Under the pieces are notes generated by a model that ran no database searches, was not told where the DNA came from, and saw nothing but the letters and a program-made list of their open reading frames with translations. 64,000 nucleotides of DNA from an uncultured Candidatus Poseidoniales archaeon (GTDB lineage: Archaea > Thermoplasmatota > Poseidoniia > Poseidoniales > Thalassarchaeaceae), in assembly GCA_964013425.1 (NCBI GenBank), contig CAXGWC010000002.1, positions 22,818 through 86,817 on the forward strand, given 5' to 3'. The position numbers and the translations under genes are program-made. Shown one piece after another: positions 9,647 through 18,347 of this stretch. Numbering within the stretch: the stretch's first letter is position 1; each line of letters begins with the position of its first letter.

Positions 9647-12600
9647 ATGCTGCATGAGGCTCGGCACAAGTACTCGGATCTCTCTAGGGGAACACGAAGG
9701 ATACTAGTTGCAACAATACTTTTTCTAGATGCCAACTTACTCGGAACCTCAAACGGGATAGGATTACTCAACATTGTCGATACAATTCTTGGCGGGGGGA
9801 TCCCTGACGATATGGTATGGCTCCTCCAGGTTGTAGAGTCTCTAACAGCCGGATTCATAATCATCAAGGTATTTTTTGATGATGTTCCTCAAGGTAATTT
9901 CAGAACCATAGCCTTACTCACATCCCCGTTATTCATGATCCTGGTCACTTTCTTGACTCTCGACATCCTTCTCAGTGGGCTTGGAGAGGGAGCATCCTTC
10001 ACTCTGGATCTAGTTTCAGTAGCTACAGGCACTCTGACTTGGTCCTCGACTTATCTGGCAATTGCCATAGGACTCACTCTAACTTACAAGGTCCAGAGGT
10101 ATGGGAACTTCGCCCAATCTGAATTATTCATGATCGGGATGTATCTCTCAATGATAATGATCTGGAGTGACTACTTCTTCCCTCTTTCCAGTTTAAGCAC
10201 CACTAAAGACGGTGTTCTAACTTGGTCAGTCCTAATCTTCACACTCATCGCCGCATTCGTTCTTACGGGTCTAGCTGGAGTAATCATTGACAGATTGGTC
10301 TACAGGGGATTCCGAAGGACAAAGACCACTCCCCAGGTCATGATGATCGCTTCTCTGGGTGTCGCCCTAATACTGAGGGCCATCACTTACCTAAGATTTG
10401 GCTCTGGAAGAAATATGTTCGAGCCAGAAGGAGACTGGAGGATGCCAAATCTAAGGTGGGAGATACCAACCACCAAGCTCAGACTCAATCTCGGAGATAG
10501 GTCGATAGACGAGGGCAGGACCTATACTCAGTGGACATGCGAGCAGACAGGTGTGGACGAAACAACCGGAGAGCCTATACTGTCTAGAATAGTGACTGAA
10601 GCGTCAAAACCAGCATATGAACTGTATGATACTACTGCAGACTGCGTAACACAGGCTACCACCAACTACGCGTATTACAAGGGGGCAGTACCATTCGTAA
10701 TCTTCTCATCGGTACTCCTGCTGATGCTCCTACTCAACAAGACAAGGCTTGGCAGAAGAATGAGGGCGGTTGCTGATAATCCAGAGCTTGCCGCCAGTAG
10801 CGGAATCAACGTTGAGAGGGTTCACCTTTCGAGTGCTTTCCTGTCCGCTGGAATATCTGGGATGGGTGGTGCGATATTCGCAATGACGCTCAGATTCAGT
10901 CCAGAGACTGCTTTCACCCTACTCCTCCCTTCATTCGCAATCATTGTACTAGGTACAATTGGTTCCATTCCAGGGGCCATTGTGGGCTCCATCATCGTAG
11001 GGTTCGTACGAGCACTCTCATCTCCTGTACTGATTGGCATAGGATCACCACTCGGACGATCTAACTACTCTGCTTTGGACGGTGTCATGCCCTATATTTT
11101 CCTAGTTGCAATCCTAATGATAATGCCCGAGGGGATTGGAGACGCATATGAGAAGTGGAAGATTGACAGACTCCGCAATAAGAAGGAGACCAATACGGAA
11201 AGGGATGTCAAGATTGCCACTGGCTTAGCACTCCTCCCCACTGGAATCTTCGGATTGCATCACTGGTGGAGGGGCAGAACACACAGGATGCAAACATTCT
11301 CTGTGATCGCCATTGCCTCATACGTATTCCACAGATTCAGCAATTTTGTTGAAAGGAACTCCTTCGCCGACGGCTCTTGTGCTGACTCCTGCCAGGAAAG
11401 CGAGTTTGCTGAAACCAATTTGGCAATACTGACCGGAAGGAACGACGGAGAGCTAAAACTGGAGGATAGCCCTCTGACGGAGACCCATCTGTTGGATCAG
11501 ACTAGCGCCCCCAGTGGAATGACTCCTTTCGAAACCGAACAATGGATCCCAGACGCCCTGGCCGATATGCGACAGTCCTGGCTCAATCAAATGAAATTTG
11601 AGATCGATCTTGTCAACTTTATTGCTGACGCAGGAGATTTGATTTGGCCACTAGCATTACTGGTACTCTGGGCATTCTCTGTGTATGAAGGAATCAGGAT
11701 AATGAATGGCAAGGAGAATGAGAAAATATCATTCCCACTATTCTCCAAATGGAAATCCATCTTCGACTCAACTACCTCTCCAATATCAGATACTAGGCAA
11801 AAATTATCAGAGCTGGACAGGAATCATGAAAGAATAGTTAAACAACTGAGGGAGAAATTGAGTAATTATCTCAAAACCGGAGAGTTGAAGTCCCACGCCA
11901 TAGATTTCTCACTCAGATTCACTGAACCAGTAATGAAGGCACTCAAAATTCCAGAGAGTCGTAAGACAGAACTAAAGTTGTACGGAAGACAGAGTCCAAT
12001 AGGGTCTTGGATATCATTCTTCATCCTCATAACGATCTTAGTGATGTTTCTTGTTTGGCTTCCAATAGCCGAATCGGACAATTTTGAATTTAAGAAAGTC
12101 CTCCAGGTATCGAATGTATTACTCACACTCTCTATCTTCATTTTGATGGCCTTTTCTCTAAACTTACATACCGGGTATACTGGAATGGTAAATTTCGGAA
12201 TCATCTTCTTCGTCTCTGTTGGAGCGATAACAGTCTCAATATTAACCGCTCCAGAAAGAGTGTTCGGATATAATTGGGGGATTTTAGAGGCCACAATAGT
12301 AGCTATGATACTATCCGCCGCCATCGGTTGGCTACTCGCCTATCCTACTGCCAGATTGAGGACAGACTACTTTGCCATAGTGACCATATCGCTTGGAGAA
12401 ATCGTAAGAGTTCTCTTAGCAGGAGAACCACTTTTGAGAGCGGGGCCGGTTGCTTCTGCAATTGGGATATCAGGATACCCACTACCATTGGAAGACTGGT
12501 GGTTCTGTGGCTCGGAGAAGTCCGGTCCAGATACACAGTGGGCCAGTCCCGATGCCTGCAGAGATGACATATTGTTAGACAGCACCCCGGCGTACTACAT

Positions 12601-13384
12601 AGGTGAGCTACTGAATCTTGGCGAACCGGCTCCCTATATGATGATGCTAATGCTATTATCAGTGGCTTCAGTCATAGTCGTGTGGGCACTACTATCCAGA
12701 CTACTCTCATCACCATGGGGGAGGGTACTCAAGGCCATCAGAGAAGACGAGGAAGTCGCCCAGCACCATGGCCACGACATCTTGACTCACAAGGCGGCAA
12801 GCCTCGCTCTGGGGGCTGCAATAGCTGCACTTGCTGGAGCACTTTGGGCTTGGAAGCTAACTGGTTTCGACGCGAGTTTCATGTCTCCTGCGCGCTCTAC
12901 ATTTTTAGTATGGGCCGCCTTCATTATTGGAGGTACATCCAATAACAGGGGTATGATTGTCGGGGCCTTCATCATAGTTCTTATGGAATTCGTATTCAAC
13001 GTCCTAGTAGCGGCACAGGGTTCTTCAGATCTGCCACTACATGTTACCGCTAACAGAATAGACACTCTATTCGAGTGGATAATAACAAATCAATGGGATG
13101 TAGCCACTATATTCGCTATTACGGCTCTTGTGGGTTACATTACCAGATCAGAGAGGGTTTTCGATATTGGTTTTTCAGGAGCAACAATATTCCTCTTCGC
13201 CGCACTTGCTCTTGGTGAGAGATCCATCAATGAGTCGTTCTTCGCAGGGGTTGTTAGTGCGGATATGGTTTATGTCAAGCTCATGCTGATTGGGTGCCTA
13301 ATGCTGTTCTCACTCAAATTCAATTCCAAGGGCCTATTGCCAGAAGTCCCGATCAGACCTAGTAGACCAGACGGAGGCGAATAA
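9647..13384 (+). CDS. livHM: fused LivH-LivM branched-chain amino-acid ABC permease (1245 aa) with a ~300-aa internal linker
   Basis: LivH-like LVYRGFRRTKTTPQVMMIASLGVALILRAI in the first half; LivM-like ARLRTDYFAIVTISLGEIVRVLLAGEPLLRAGP in the second half. The linker has a TM2-like GLALLPTGIFGLHHWWRG segment and a CADSC motif. True start uncertain. Confidence 0.8.
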   Translation: MLHEARHKYSDLSRGTRRILVATILFLDANLLGTSNGIGLLNIVDTILGGGIPDDMVWLLQVVESLTAGFIIIKVFFDDVPQGNFRTIALLTSPLFMILVTFLTLDILLSGLGEGASFTLDLVSVATGTLTWSSTYLAIAIGLTLTYKVQRYGNFAQSELFMIGMYLSMIMIWSDYFFPLSSLSTTKDGVLTWSVLIFTLIAAFVLTGLAGVIIDRLVYRGFRRTKTTPQVMMIASLGVALILRAITYLRFGSGRNMFEPEGDWRMPNLRWEIPTTKLRLNLGDRSIDEGRTYTQWTCEQTGVDETTGEPILSRIVTEASKPAYELYDTTADCVTQATTNYAYYKGAVPFVIFSSVLLLMLLLNKTRLGRRMRAVADNPELAASSGINVERVHLSSAFLSAGISGMGGAIFAMTLRFSPETAFTLLLPSFAIIVLGTIGSIPGAIVGSIIVGFVRALSSPVLIGIGSPLGRSNYSALDGVMPYIFLVAILMIMPEGIGDAYEKWKIDRLRNKKETNTERDVKIATGLALLPTGIFGLHHWWRGRTHRMQTFSVIAIASYVFHRFSNFVERNSFADGSCADSCQESEFAETNLAILTGRNDGELKLEDSPLTETHLLDQTSAPSGMTPFETEQWIPDALADMRQSWLNQMKFEIDLVNFIADAGDLIWPLALLVLWAFSVYEGIRIMNGKENEKISFPLFSKWKSIFDSTTSPISDTRQKLSELDRNHERIVKQLREKLSNYLKTGELKSHAIDFSLRFTEPVMKALKIPESRKTELKLYGRQSPIGSWISFFILITILVMFLVWLPIAESDNFEFKKVLQVSNVLLTLSIFILMAFSLNLHTGYTGMVNFGIIFFVSVGAITVSILTAPERVFGYNWGILEATIVAMILSAAIGWLLAYPTARLRTDYFAIVTISLGEIVRVLLAGEPLLRAGPVASAIGISGYPLPLEDWWFCGSEKSGPDTQWASPDACRDDILLDSTPAYYIGELLNLGEPAPYMMMLMLLSVASVIVVWALLSRLLSSPWGRVLKAIREDEEVAQHHGHDILTHKAASLALGAAIAALAGALWAWKLTGFDASFMSPARSTFLVWAAFIIGGTSNNRGMIVGAFIIVLMEFVFNVLVAAQGSSDLPLHVTANRIDTLFEWIITNQWDVATIFAITALVGYITRSERVFDIGFSGATIFLFAALALGERSINESFFAGVVSADMVYVKLMLIGCLMLFSLKFNSKGLLPEVPIRPSRPDGGE

Positions 13385-13385
13385 A

Positions 13386-14177
13386 GTGACTGAACCAGTT
13401 CTGAAAGTACAGAGTCTTCGAAAGGAGTTCGGGGGGCTGGTCGCAGTAAAAGACGTCTCCTTCGAGGTTGGTGAAGGCGAATTCGTTGGGTTGATTGGTC
13501 CAAACGGATGTGGCAAGTCGACCACATTCAACTGTATTAGCGGGCTACTGGAACAGACTTCCGGCAGGATCGAGATGTTTGGTGAGGATATCTCTGAACT
13601 TAGGCCAGATCAGATTCAGAACAGAGGAATGACCAGAACATTCCAGCACACAAACCTCTGGAGGGAGATGACTGTGATAGAGAACCTAATGGTTCCTCCT
13701 AGGAAGCAGTTTGGAACAAATGGGAAAGAATTCCTAAAAGCGATCTTGTCTCGAAAAAATCCATCCGAGCGAGAAAGGCTCATGGATGCATATGATGCAC
13801 TCGATCAACTAGAAGTCCCTCACATGGCACATAACCTAGCTGGTGAGTTGTCAGGAGGGCAGTCAAAGCTGGTTGATATTGGGAGGTCAATGATGGGGAG
13901 TCCCAAGCTACTACTCCTAGATGAGCCTGTAGCAGGGGTAGCTGGGCCTCTAGCAATGAAGATTTTCAATAATCTCAGAAACATAGTAAGCGAAACCGGA
14001 ATCTCGATTCTTATCATCGAGCACAATATGGACTTCATACTGAGACAGGGAGTCGACAGAATCGTCGTGATGAACGAAGGAGAGGTGCTTATGCAAGGAA
14101 CACCAGACGAGGTGAGAGCCAATCAAAAGGTAATCGAGGCATACCTTGGCGCTGCTGGAAATACGGAGGAGGAATAG
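13386..14177 (+). CDS. livG: branched-chain amino-acid ABC transporter ATP-binding protein LivG
   Basis: Walker A GPNGCGKSTTFN, signature LSGGQ, Walker B LLLLDEP. Confidence 0.9.
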   Translation: MTEPVLKVQSLRKEFGGLVAVKDVSFEVGEGEFVGLIGPNGCGKSTTFNCISGLLEQTSGRIEMFGEDISELRPDQIQNRGMTRTFQHTNLWREMTVIENLMVPPRKQFGTNGKEFLKAILSRKNPSERERLMDAYDALDQLEVPHMAHNLAGELSGGQSKLVDIGRSMMGSPKLLLLDEPVAGVAGPLAMKIFNNLRNIVSETGISILIIEHNMDFILRQGVDRIVVMNEGEVLMQGTPDEVRANQKVIEAYLGAAGNTEEE

Positions 14178-14178
14178 A

Positions 14179-14898
14179 ATGACCAGGGTACTGGAAGTGA
14201 GAAACCTAGAAGGCGGATATGGGGCCGTTCAGATTCTTTACGGAATTGATCTCTATGTCGAGGAAGGGGAGTTCGTCACTATCATTGGGCCAAACGGATG
14301 CGGAAAATCAACACTGATAAAGACGATTTTTGGAATCGCCACATATTACTCAGGCGAGGTCTTCTATAACGGTACTGAGGTATCTGGTTGGAGAACAGAT
14401 CAATTGGTCAACCAAGGAATAGCATACGTACCCCAAGTGGACAATGTTTTCCCCTCGCTTTCTGTTATGGAGAACCTCCAGATGGGGGGCAATAGCCTCT
14501 CAAGTCCCCTATTGAGTGAGAGAATAGAAAGAGCACTAGATATGTTCCCAGATCTTAGGAACCGAGTCCATGATTTGGCCGCCTCTCTATCAGGGGGGGA
14601 GAGACAAATGCTCGCTATCTCCAGAGCGCTGATCTCGGACCCGAAGTTCCTGCTCCTCGATGAGCCAACCGCCGCGCTGTCACCGCTCTATCAACAGCAA
14701 ATCATAGAAAGAATAGACTCACTAAGGGAACAGGGCATAACAGTCCTAATTGTAGAGCAGAATGCTCGCCTCTCACTAGCCAGATCAGATAGAGGATACA
14801 TCGTATCAAACGGTAAGATAGTCCATACCGGAGTCGCAAAGGAGATTCTCACAGATCCAGAAATAGGAGAATACTTCCTAGGCTCAACGGGACATTAA
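14179..14898 (+). CDS. livF: branched-chain amino-acid ABC transporter ATP-binding protein LivF
   Basis: Walker A GPNGCGKSTLIK, LSGGERQ signature. Start at the ATG after GGAGGAGG, directly following the livG stop. Confidence 0.9.
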   Translation: MTRVLEVRNLEGGYGAVQILYGIDLYVEEGEFVTIIGPNGCGKSTLIKTIFGIATYYSGEVFYNGTEVSGWRTDQLVNQGIAYVPQVDNVFPSLSVMENLQMGGNSLSSPLLSERIERALDMFPDLRNRVHDLAASLSGGERQMLAISRALISDPKFLLLDEPTAALSPLYQQQIIERIDSLREQGITVLIVEQNARLSLARSDRGYIVSNGKIVHTGVAKEILTDPEIGEYFLGSTGH

Positions 14899-15483
14899 AT
14901 CAGATGCCAGGCTCTCTAATTTTGGAAGGCACTTCTTCATCCTATGTCCATCATCGATTACGACGAGCTCTACCATTTCTGAGATACTGGATACAGTCTC
15001 CGAGACAGATAACGAGACGACATCGTCCTTCGAACCATGAACAATAGTAGTATGATGAGCCACTTCAGGCCATGACATACTCTCAGCGGCTTCCATAAAA
15101 CTCCAATCAAGATCAATCTCCAGTTCGAACCCCCTGTAAGTCCTGAAACCAGAATTCTTCCAGTCTGCAAGCTCATCTTCAGATAGACCCTCCCAACTGT
15201 CACAAAGGCCGAACGCAGGAGCAATCAGTAGCAATCGAAAATCAGAATCTCTCCGCATCGATGAGGCATTGGCAGCCGCTAAACCCCCCATGGAAGAACC
15301 AATTACCAAATCAAAATCATGCTCATCAATGCATCTGAGCAGGACCTTAGTCTGGCTTTCTATATCCCAGCCAAGCCCTGACATTATTGGAGAGGTAACT
15401 TCCCAACCAAGAACTTCTCTCATGTAGGTGGGCTTGGACCCCGATGGACCTCCTTCGAAACCATGAGCGAACAAAACCCTCAT
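14884..15483 (-). CDS. alpha/beta-hydrolase, YqiA-like esterase
   Basis: N-terminal HGF, nucleophile elbow GSSMGG, ~200 aa, architecture like UPF0227/YqiA. Confidence 0.55.
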   Translation of the reverse strand: MRVLFAHGFEGGPSGSKPTYMREVLGWEVTSPIMSGLGWDIESQTKVLLRCIDEHDFDLVIGSSMGGLAAANASSMRRDSDFRLLLIAPAFGLCDSWEGLSEDELADWKNSGFRTYRGFELEIDLDWSFMEAAESMSWPEVAHHTTIVHGSKDDVVSLSVSETVSSISEMVELVVIDDGHRMKKCLPKLESLASDLMSR

Positions 15484-15501
15484 TTCATCAGACCCATTTT
15501 C

Positions 15502-15930
15502 TCAGCTAAACTCCAACCCAAGTAGCTCAAGACCATCAAGAGGGCGTCGAGTCATAATCGCATCCTCCATCAATCTAAGATGTATTTCTGCAACAACATG
15601 CACTGTCGACTGAAACATATGGCCAGCATGAACGTTATTGTCGTCATCAGACCAGCAACAGTGGATATGGGTGAAAGGATCCCCATGTTCTGTACGTGCG
15701 ATATTACCCGACAAGCTCACTAACTCTGATGGTGAGTCCAAGGGCCTCCTTTGGTAAACACCCTCCGCATCCATGTAGCCATATTGGTTGTCACGGGTTC
15801 TCCCGATCCCACTGGTTATCACCGCTGCATCAAATGCAAGGTCATTCGCCAATGCCTTCAGTGAGGCATGAATCTCCTCTCCCGGGTCTAGCCGTACTAG
15901 GACATCATTACCCGAACGCGTATGTTCCAT
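15502..15930 (-). CDS. PPC (DUF296) domain protein
   Basis: 142 aa; pattern LDPGEEI...AVITSGIGRT...HIHCC typical of PPC/DUF296. Confidence 0.5.
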   Translation of the reverse strand: MEHTRSGNDVLVRLDPGEEIHASLKALANDLAFDAAVITSGIGRTRDNQYGYMDAEGVYQRRPLDSPSELVSLSGNIARTEHGDPFTHIHCCWSDDDNNVHAGHMFQSTVHVVAEIHLRLMEDAIMTRRPLDGLELLGLEFS

Positions 15931-16003
15931 GCCCCTCCTATCACAAACATTGATTTCAACTTCTCTAAGGAATTTTCCACTATCGGCAAAAAATCATCGT
16001 CAT

Positions 16004-16015
16004 TCCAGTGGAAGA
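16004..16015 (+). repeat. ORB-like element 1 (TTCCAGTGGAAG)
   Basis: Matches the archaeal mini-ORB core TCCAGTGGAA. Confidence 0.5.
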
Positions 16016-16053
16016 GCTAAATGCCCCAAAATGACTTTGAAAAAGAAAAAAAT

Positions 16054-16065
16054 CTCCACTGGAAC
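16054..16065 (-). repeat. ORB-like element 2, inverted (TTCCAGTGGAGA on minus strand)
   Basis: Reverse complement of element 1 across an AT-rich spacer. Confidence 0.5.
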
Positions 16066-16139
16066 AAAAGGGGTCAACATTACCATACATTTTGGTTATA
16101 GACCGTGACTTCCCGTATCATGTGCCCGGCGGTTAGAAG

Positions 16140-18317
16140 ATGACGATGGCTACTCATGATTCGGCCGCAAGATGGAAGACCTTTCTCTCTGAGGCCAAGG
16201 AGCATGATATCACACTCCTTCTGTCAAAGCAAACTACTAGTCACACGGTTTCGGTATCATTCCATGAGTTGACCGGATTCGATCCAGATTTCGCAGAGGA
16301 TATCCTGAGCAACCCCCGTAGTATAATATCCAGTGGTCACAAGGTATTGAGCGAAATTTGTAGAGATAGAGGAGAGGATCTGGATGCAAGGGTCATACTT
16401 TCTGATCTTCCAAGAGATACCCTAAGCCCACTCAGAGATATAGGATCTAGAGATATAGACAAATTGAGGAGCTTAGACGTTATAGTAACAAAAATGTCTC
16501 AATTGAAGCCTAGGATACATGTTGCTGTCTTCGAGTGCGAATCCTGTGGTAACTCCCAACAGATAGATCAGATCAACGAAAGTGAATTGATTGAGCCGTT
16601 GAGATGCCCAGAGGCCACTGGATGTGGACGTTCAATCAGAGGAAATGACTCGACTAGATTCAACTTAGTATTGAATAGCTCACGGATGATAAACAACCAA
16701 TGGCTGGAGATTCAAGAGCTACCTGAGAATGTACCTAGTGGGGCACAACCTTCTCGGGCCAACGTGCTACTGGAAGGCGACCTAGTCAACAAGCACCTTC
16801 CCGGCCAAAGAATCACTGCAAATGTGATTCCTGTTGTCAGGTCCGAAATAAAGAGAAACAAGAAAACTCCAATGTTTGATATCGTATACCAAATGATTAG
16901 CTCTAGACACGAGAGTGTTCCTTTCACTGAGATTAAGATAAATGACGAGGAAAGAGAGCAAATCGAAGAGATTGCTGCATCGGGGGAATTATTGACTCTT
17001 ATGCAGAAATCTATAGCTCCATCAATATTTGCAAATGACAAGCTCAAGCTAATCAAAAGATCCCTCGCACTCCAGCTATTTGGAGGAGTAAGAAGGAAAA
17101 CCGCTGATGATACGTATCTAAGGGGCGACATCCATATTCTACTGATGGGAGACCCTGGTGTTGCCAAGTCTCAGCTTCTCGGATATATGTCGAATATCTC
17201 TCCCAGGGGAAAGTTTGCTTCAGGGGGAGGGACTTCAGGCGCCGGCTTAACTGCGGCAGCAATCAGGGACTCCTTTGGAGATGGTAGGTTTGCCTTGGAG
17301 GCGGGAGTCCTCCCTCTCTCAGACAGAGGATTAGCGGCTATTGATGAGTTTGACAAAATCTCTCCAGACGATCGGAGCGCCATGCATCCTGCGATGGAAC
17401 AACAGAAGATTTTCGTCGCAAAGGGAGGAATAACAGCGACCCTACCCTCTAGATGTGCGGTCCTCGCAGCGGCAAATCCGAAAGACGGGAGATTCTCAAA
17501 TAGGAATGAAAGGACCTCAATAATGACCTCATTCAAAGAGACTGACTTGCCTTATCCACTAGCATCTAGATTTGACTTACTATGGTTAATCAGAGATGAT
17601 ACTGAAAAGTCCACTGACACTAAAATAGCAACGCATATACTCGACATAAGAAGCTCATCACCGAGTGAAATGAGCCTACAGGATCTACCCTTTGAACCCT
17701 CTGAGACAGACGAAGGAGAGGTATTTGGTATCGGAGTCGATGGAGACAAACACCTAACGATGGATTTTCTTAGAAAATACGTGGCATACGCCAAGAGAAC
17801 GTTCTTCCCGCAATTAAATGATAAGGCAAAATTGATGATTTCGGATTACTATGTTCAAGTCAGGAATGAGACCGCCGCGCTAGATAGGTCTCCAGGAGAG
17901 TATGAGGGCGATGGGGACAAGGATAGACCGATTCCGATCACTGCTAGGGCTATAGAAGCACTAATTCGACTTACCGAAGCACATGCTAGAATGCATCTGA
18001 AACACACGGCAGATGAAAATGATGCTAAGATGGCCCTGGCCGTCTACAAGCATTGGAGAGAGGACTCAAACATTGAGGATGAGTCAGAAATTCACTCTGG
18101 AGTTTCGGCATCAAAGAGGAATATCGACAGGAACATTAGGAAAATCATTAGAGGTATTTGTATGGAGAGAGGTGGAACTGCAGATATAGACGAGATTTAC
18201 AACAGGGCTACTGATTTGGGGATTAATGAAGGACAGGTTGATGGAGTGATTTCCTCAATGAGTATCAGTGGGGAAATTTTCTCTCCTCGAGGAGGAACGT
18301 ACTCTTTCGTCCGTTGA
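16140..18317 (+). CDS. mcm: minichromosome maintenance (MCM) replicative helicase
   Basis: Zn-finger CESCGN...C, Walker A GDPGVAKSQLL, Walker B IDEFDK, arginine-finger region SVLAAANP. 725 aa, no intein-sized insertion. Confidence 0.92.
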   Translation: MTMATHDSAARWKTFLSEAKEHDITLLLSKQTTSHTVSVSFHELTGFDPDFAEDILSNPRSIISSGHKVLSEICRDRGEDLDARVILSDLPRDTLSPLRDIGSRDIDKLRSLDVIVTKMSQLKPRIHVAVFECESCGNSQQIDQINESELIEPLRCPEATGCGRSIRGNDSTRFNLVLNSSRMINNQWLEIQELPENVPSGAQPSRANVLLEGDLVNKHLPGQRITANVIPVVRSEIKRNKKTPMFDIVYQMISSRHESVPFTEIKINDEEREQIEEIAASGELLTLMQKSIAPSIFANDKLKLIKRSLALQLFGGVRRKTADDTYLRGDIHILLMGDPGVAKSQLLGYMSNISPRGKFASGGGTSGAGLTAAAIRDSFGDGRFALEAGVLPLSDRGLAAIDEFDKISPDDRSAMHPAMEQQKIFVAKGGITATLPSRCAVLAAANPKDGRFSNRNERTSIMTSFKETDLPYPLASRFDLLWLIRDDTEKSTDTKIATHILDIRSSSPSEMSLQDLPFEPSETDEGEVFGIGVDGDKHLTMDFLRKYVAYAKRTFFPQLNDKAKLMISDYYVQVRNETAALDRSPGEYEGDGDKDRPIPITARAIEALIRLTEAHARMHLKHTADENDAKMALAVYKHWREDSNIEDESEIHSGVSASKRNIDRNIRKIIRGICMERGGTADIDEIYNRATDLGINEGQVDGVISSMSISGEIFSPRGGTYSFVR

Positions 18318-18347
18318 GCCTATGAGCAAAAGCCCACTCGTTGGACC

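Larger units (their letters stand above)
15931..16139. other. candidate chromosomal replication origin (origin recognition box (ORB)-like inverted repeats flanking an AT-rich duplex-unwinding element (DUE)) immediately upstream of mcm
   Basis: 209-bp non-coding region. TTCCAGTGGAAG (16004-16015) and its inverted copy TCCACTGGAAC (16054-16065) flank ~35 bp of AT-rich DNA. A degenerate third copy ttttccactatcgg sits at 15973-15986. Confidence 0.5.

Noticed and set aside
9621-9656. Short ATG-initiated frame (atgaaggtacgtgtagtagatgctgcatga) between the terminator and livHM
   Set aside because: Only 10 codons with no RBS-like context. Probably part of the livHM promoter/leader.
16322-16335. aTCCAGTGGtca inside the mcm coding sequence, resembling the ORB core
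   Set aside because: An 8-mer match expected about twice by chance in this window, and it lies in coding sequence. It might still be an auxiliary Orc site, but there is not enough evidence to call.
16712-17536. Minus-strand ORFs of 69-151 aa antisense to mcm
   Set aside because: They lie entirely within a strongly supported MCM coding region and have no independent support.
16140-18317. Looked for inteins in MCM and PolB (53122-55743)
   Set aside because: Both proteins are of canonical length (725 and 873 aa) with contiguous catalytic motifs. No intein-sized insertion is present.
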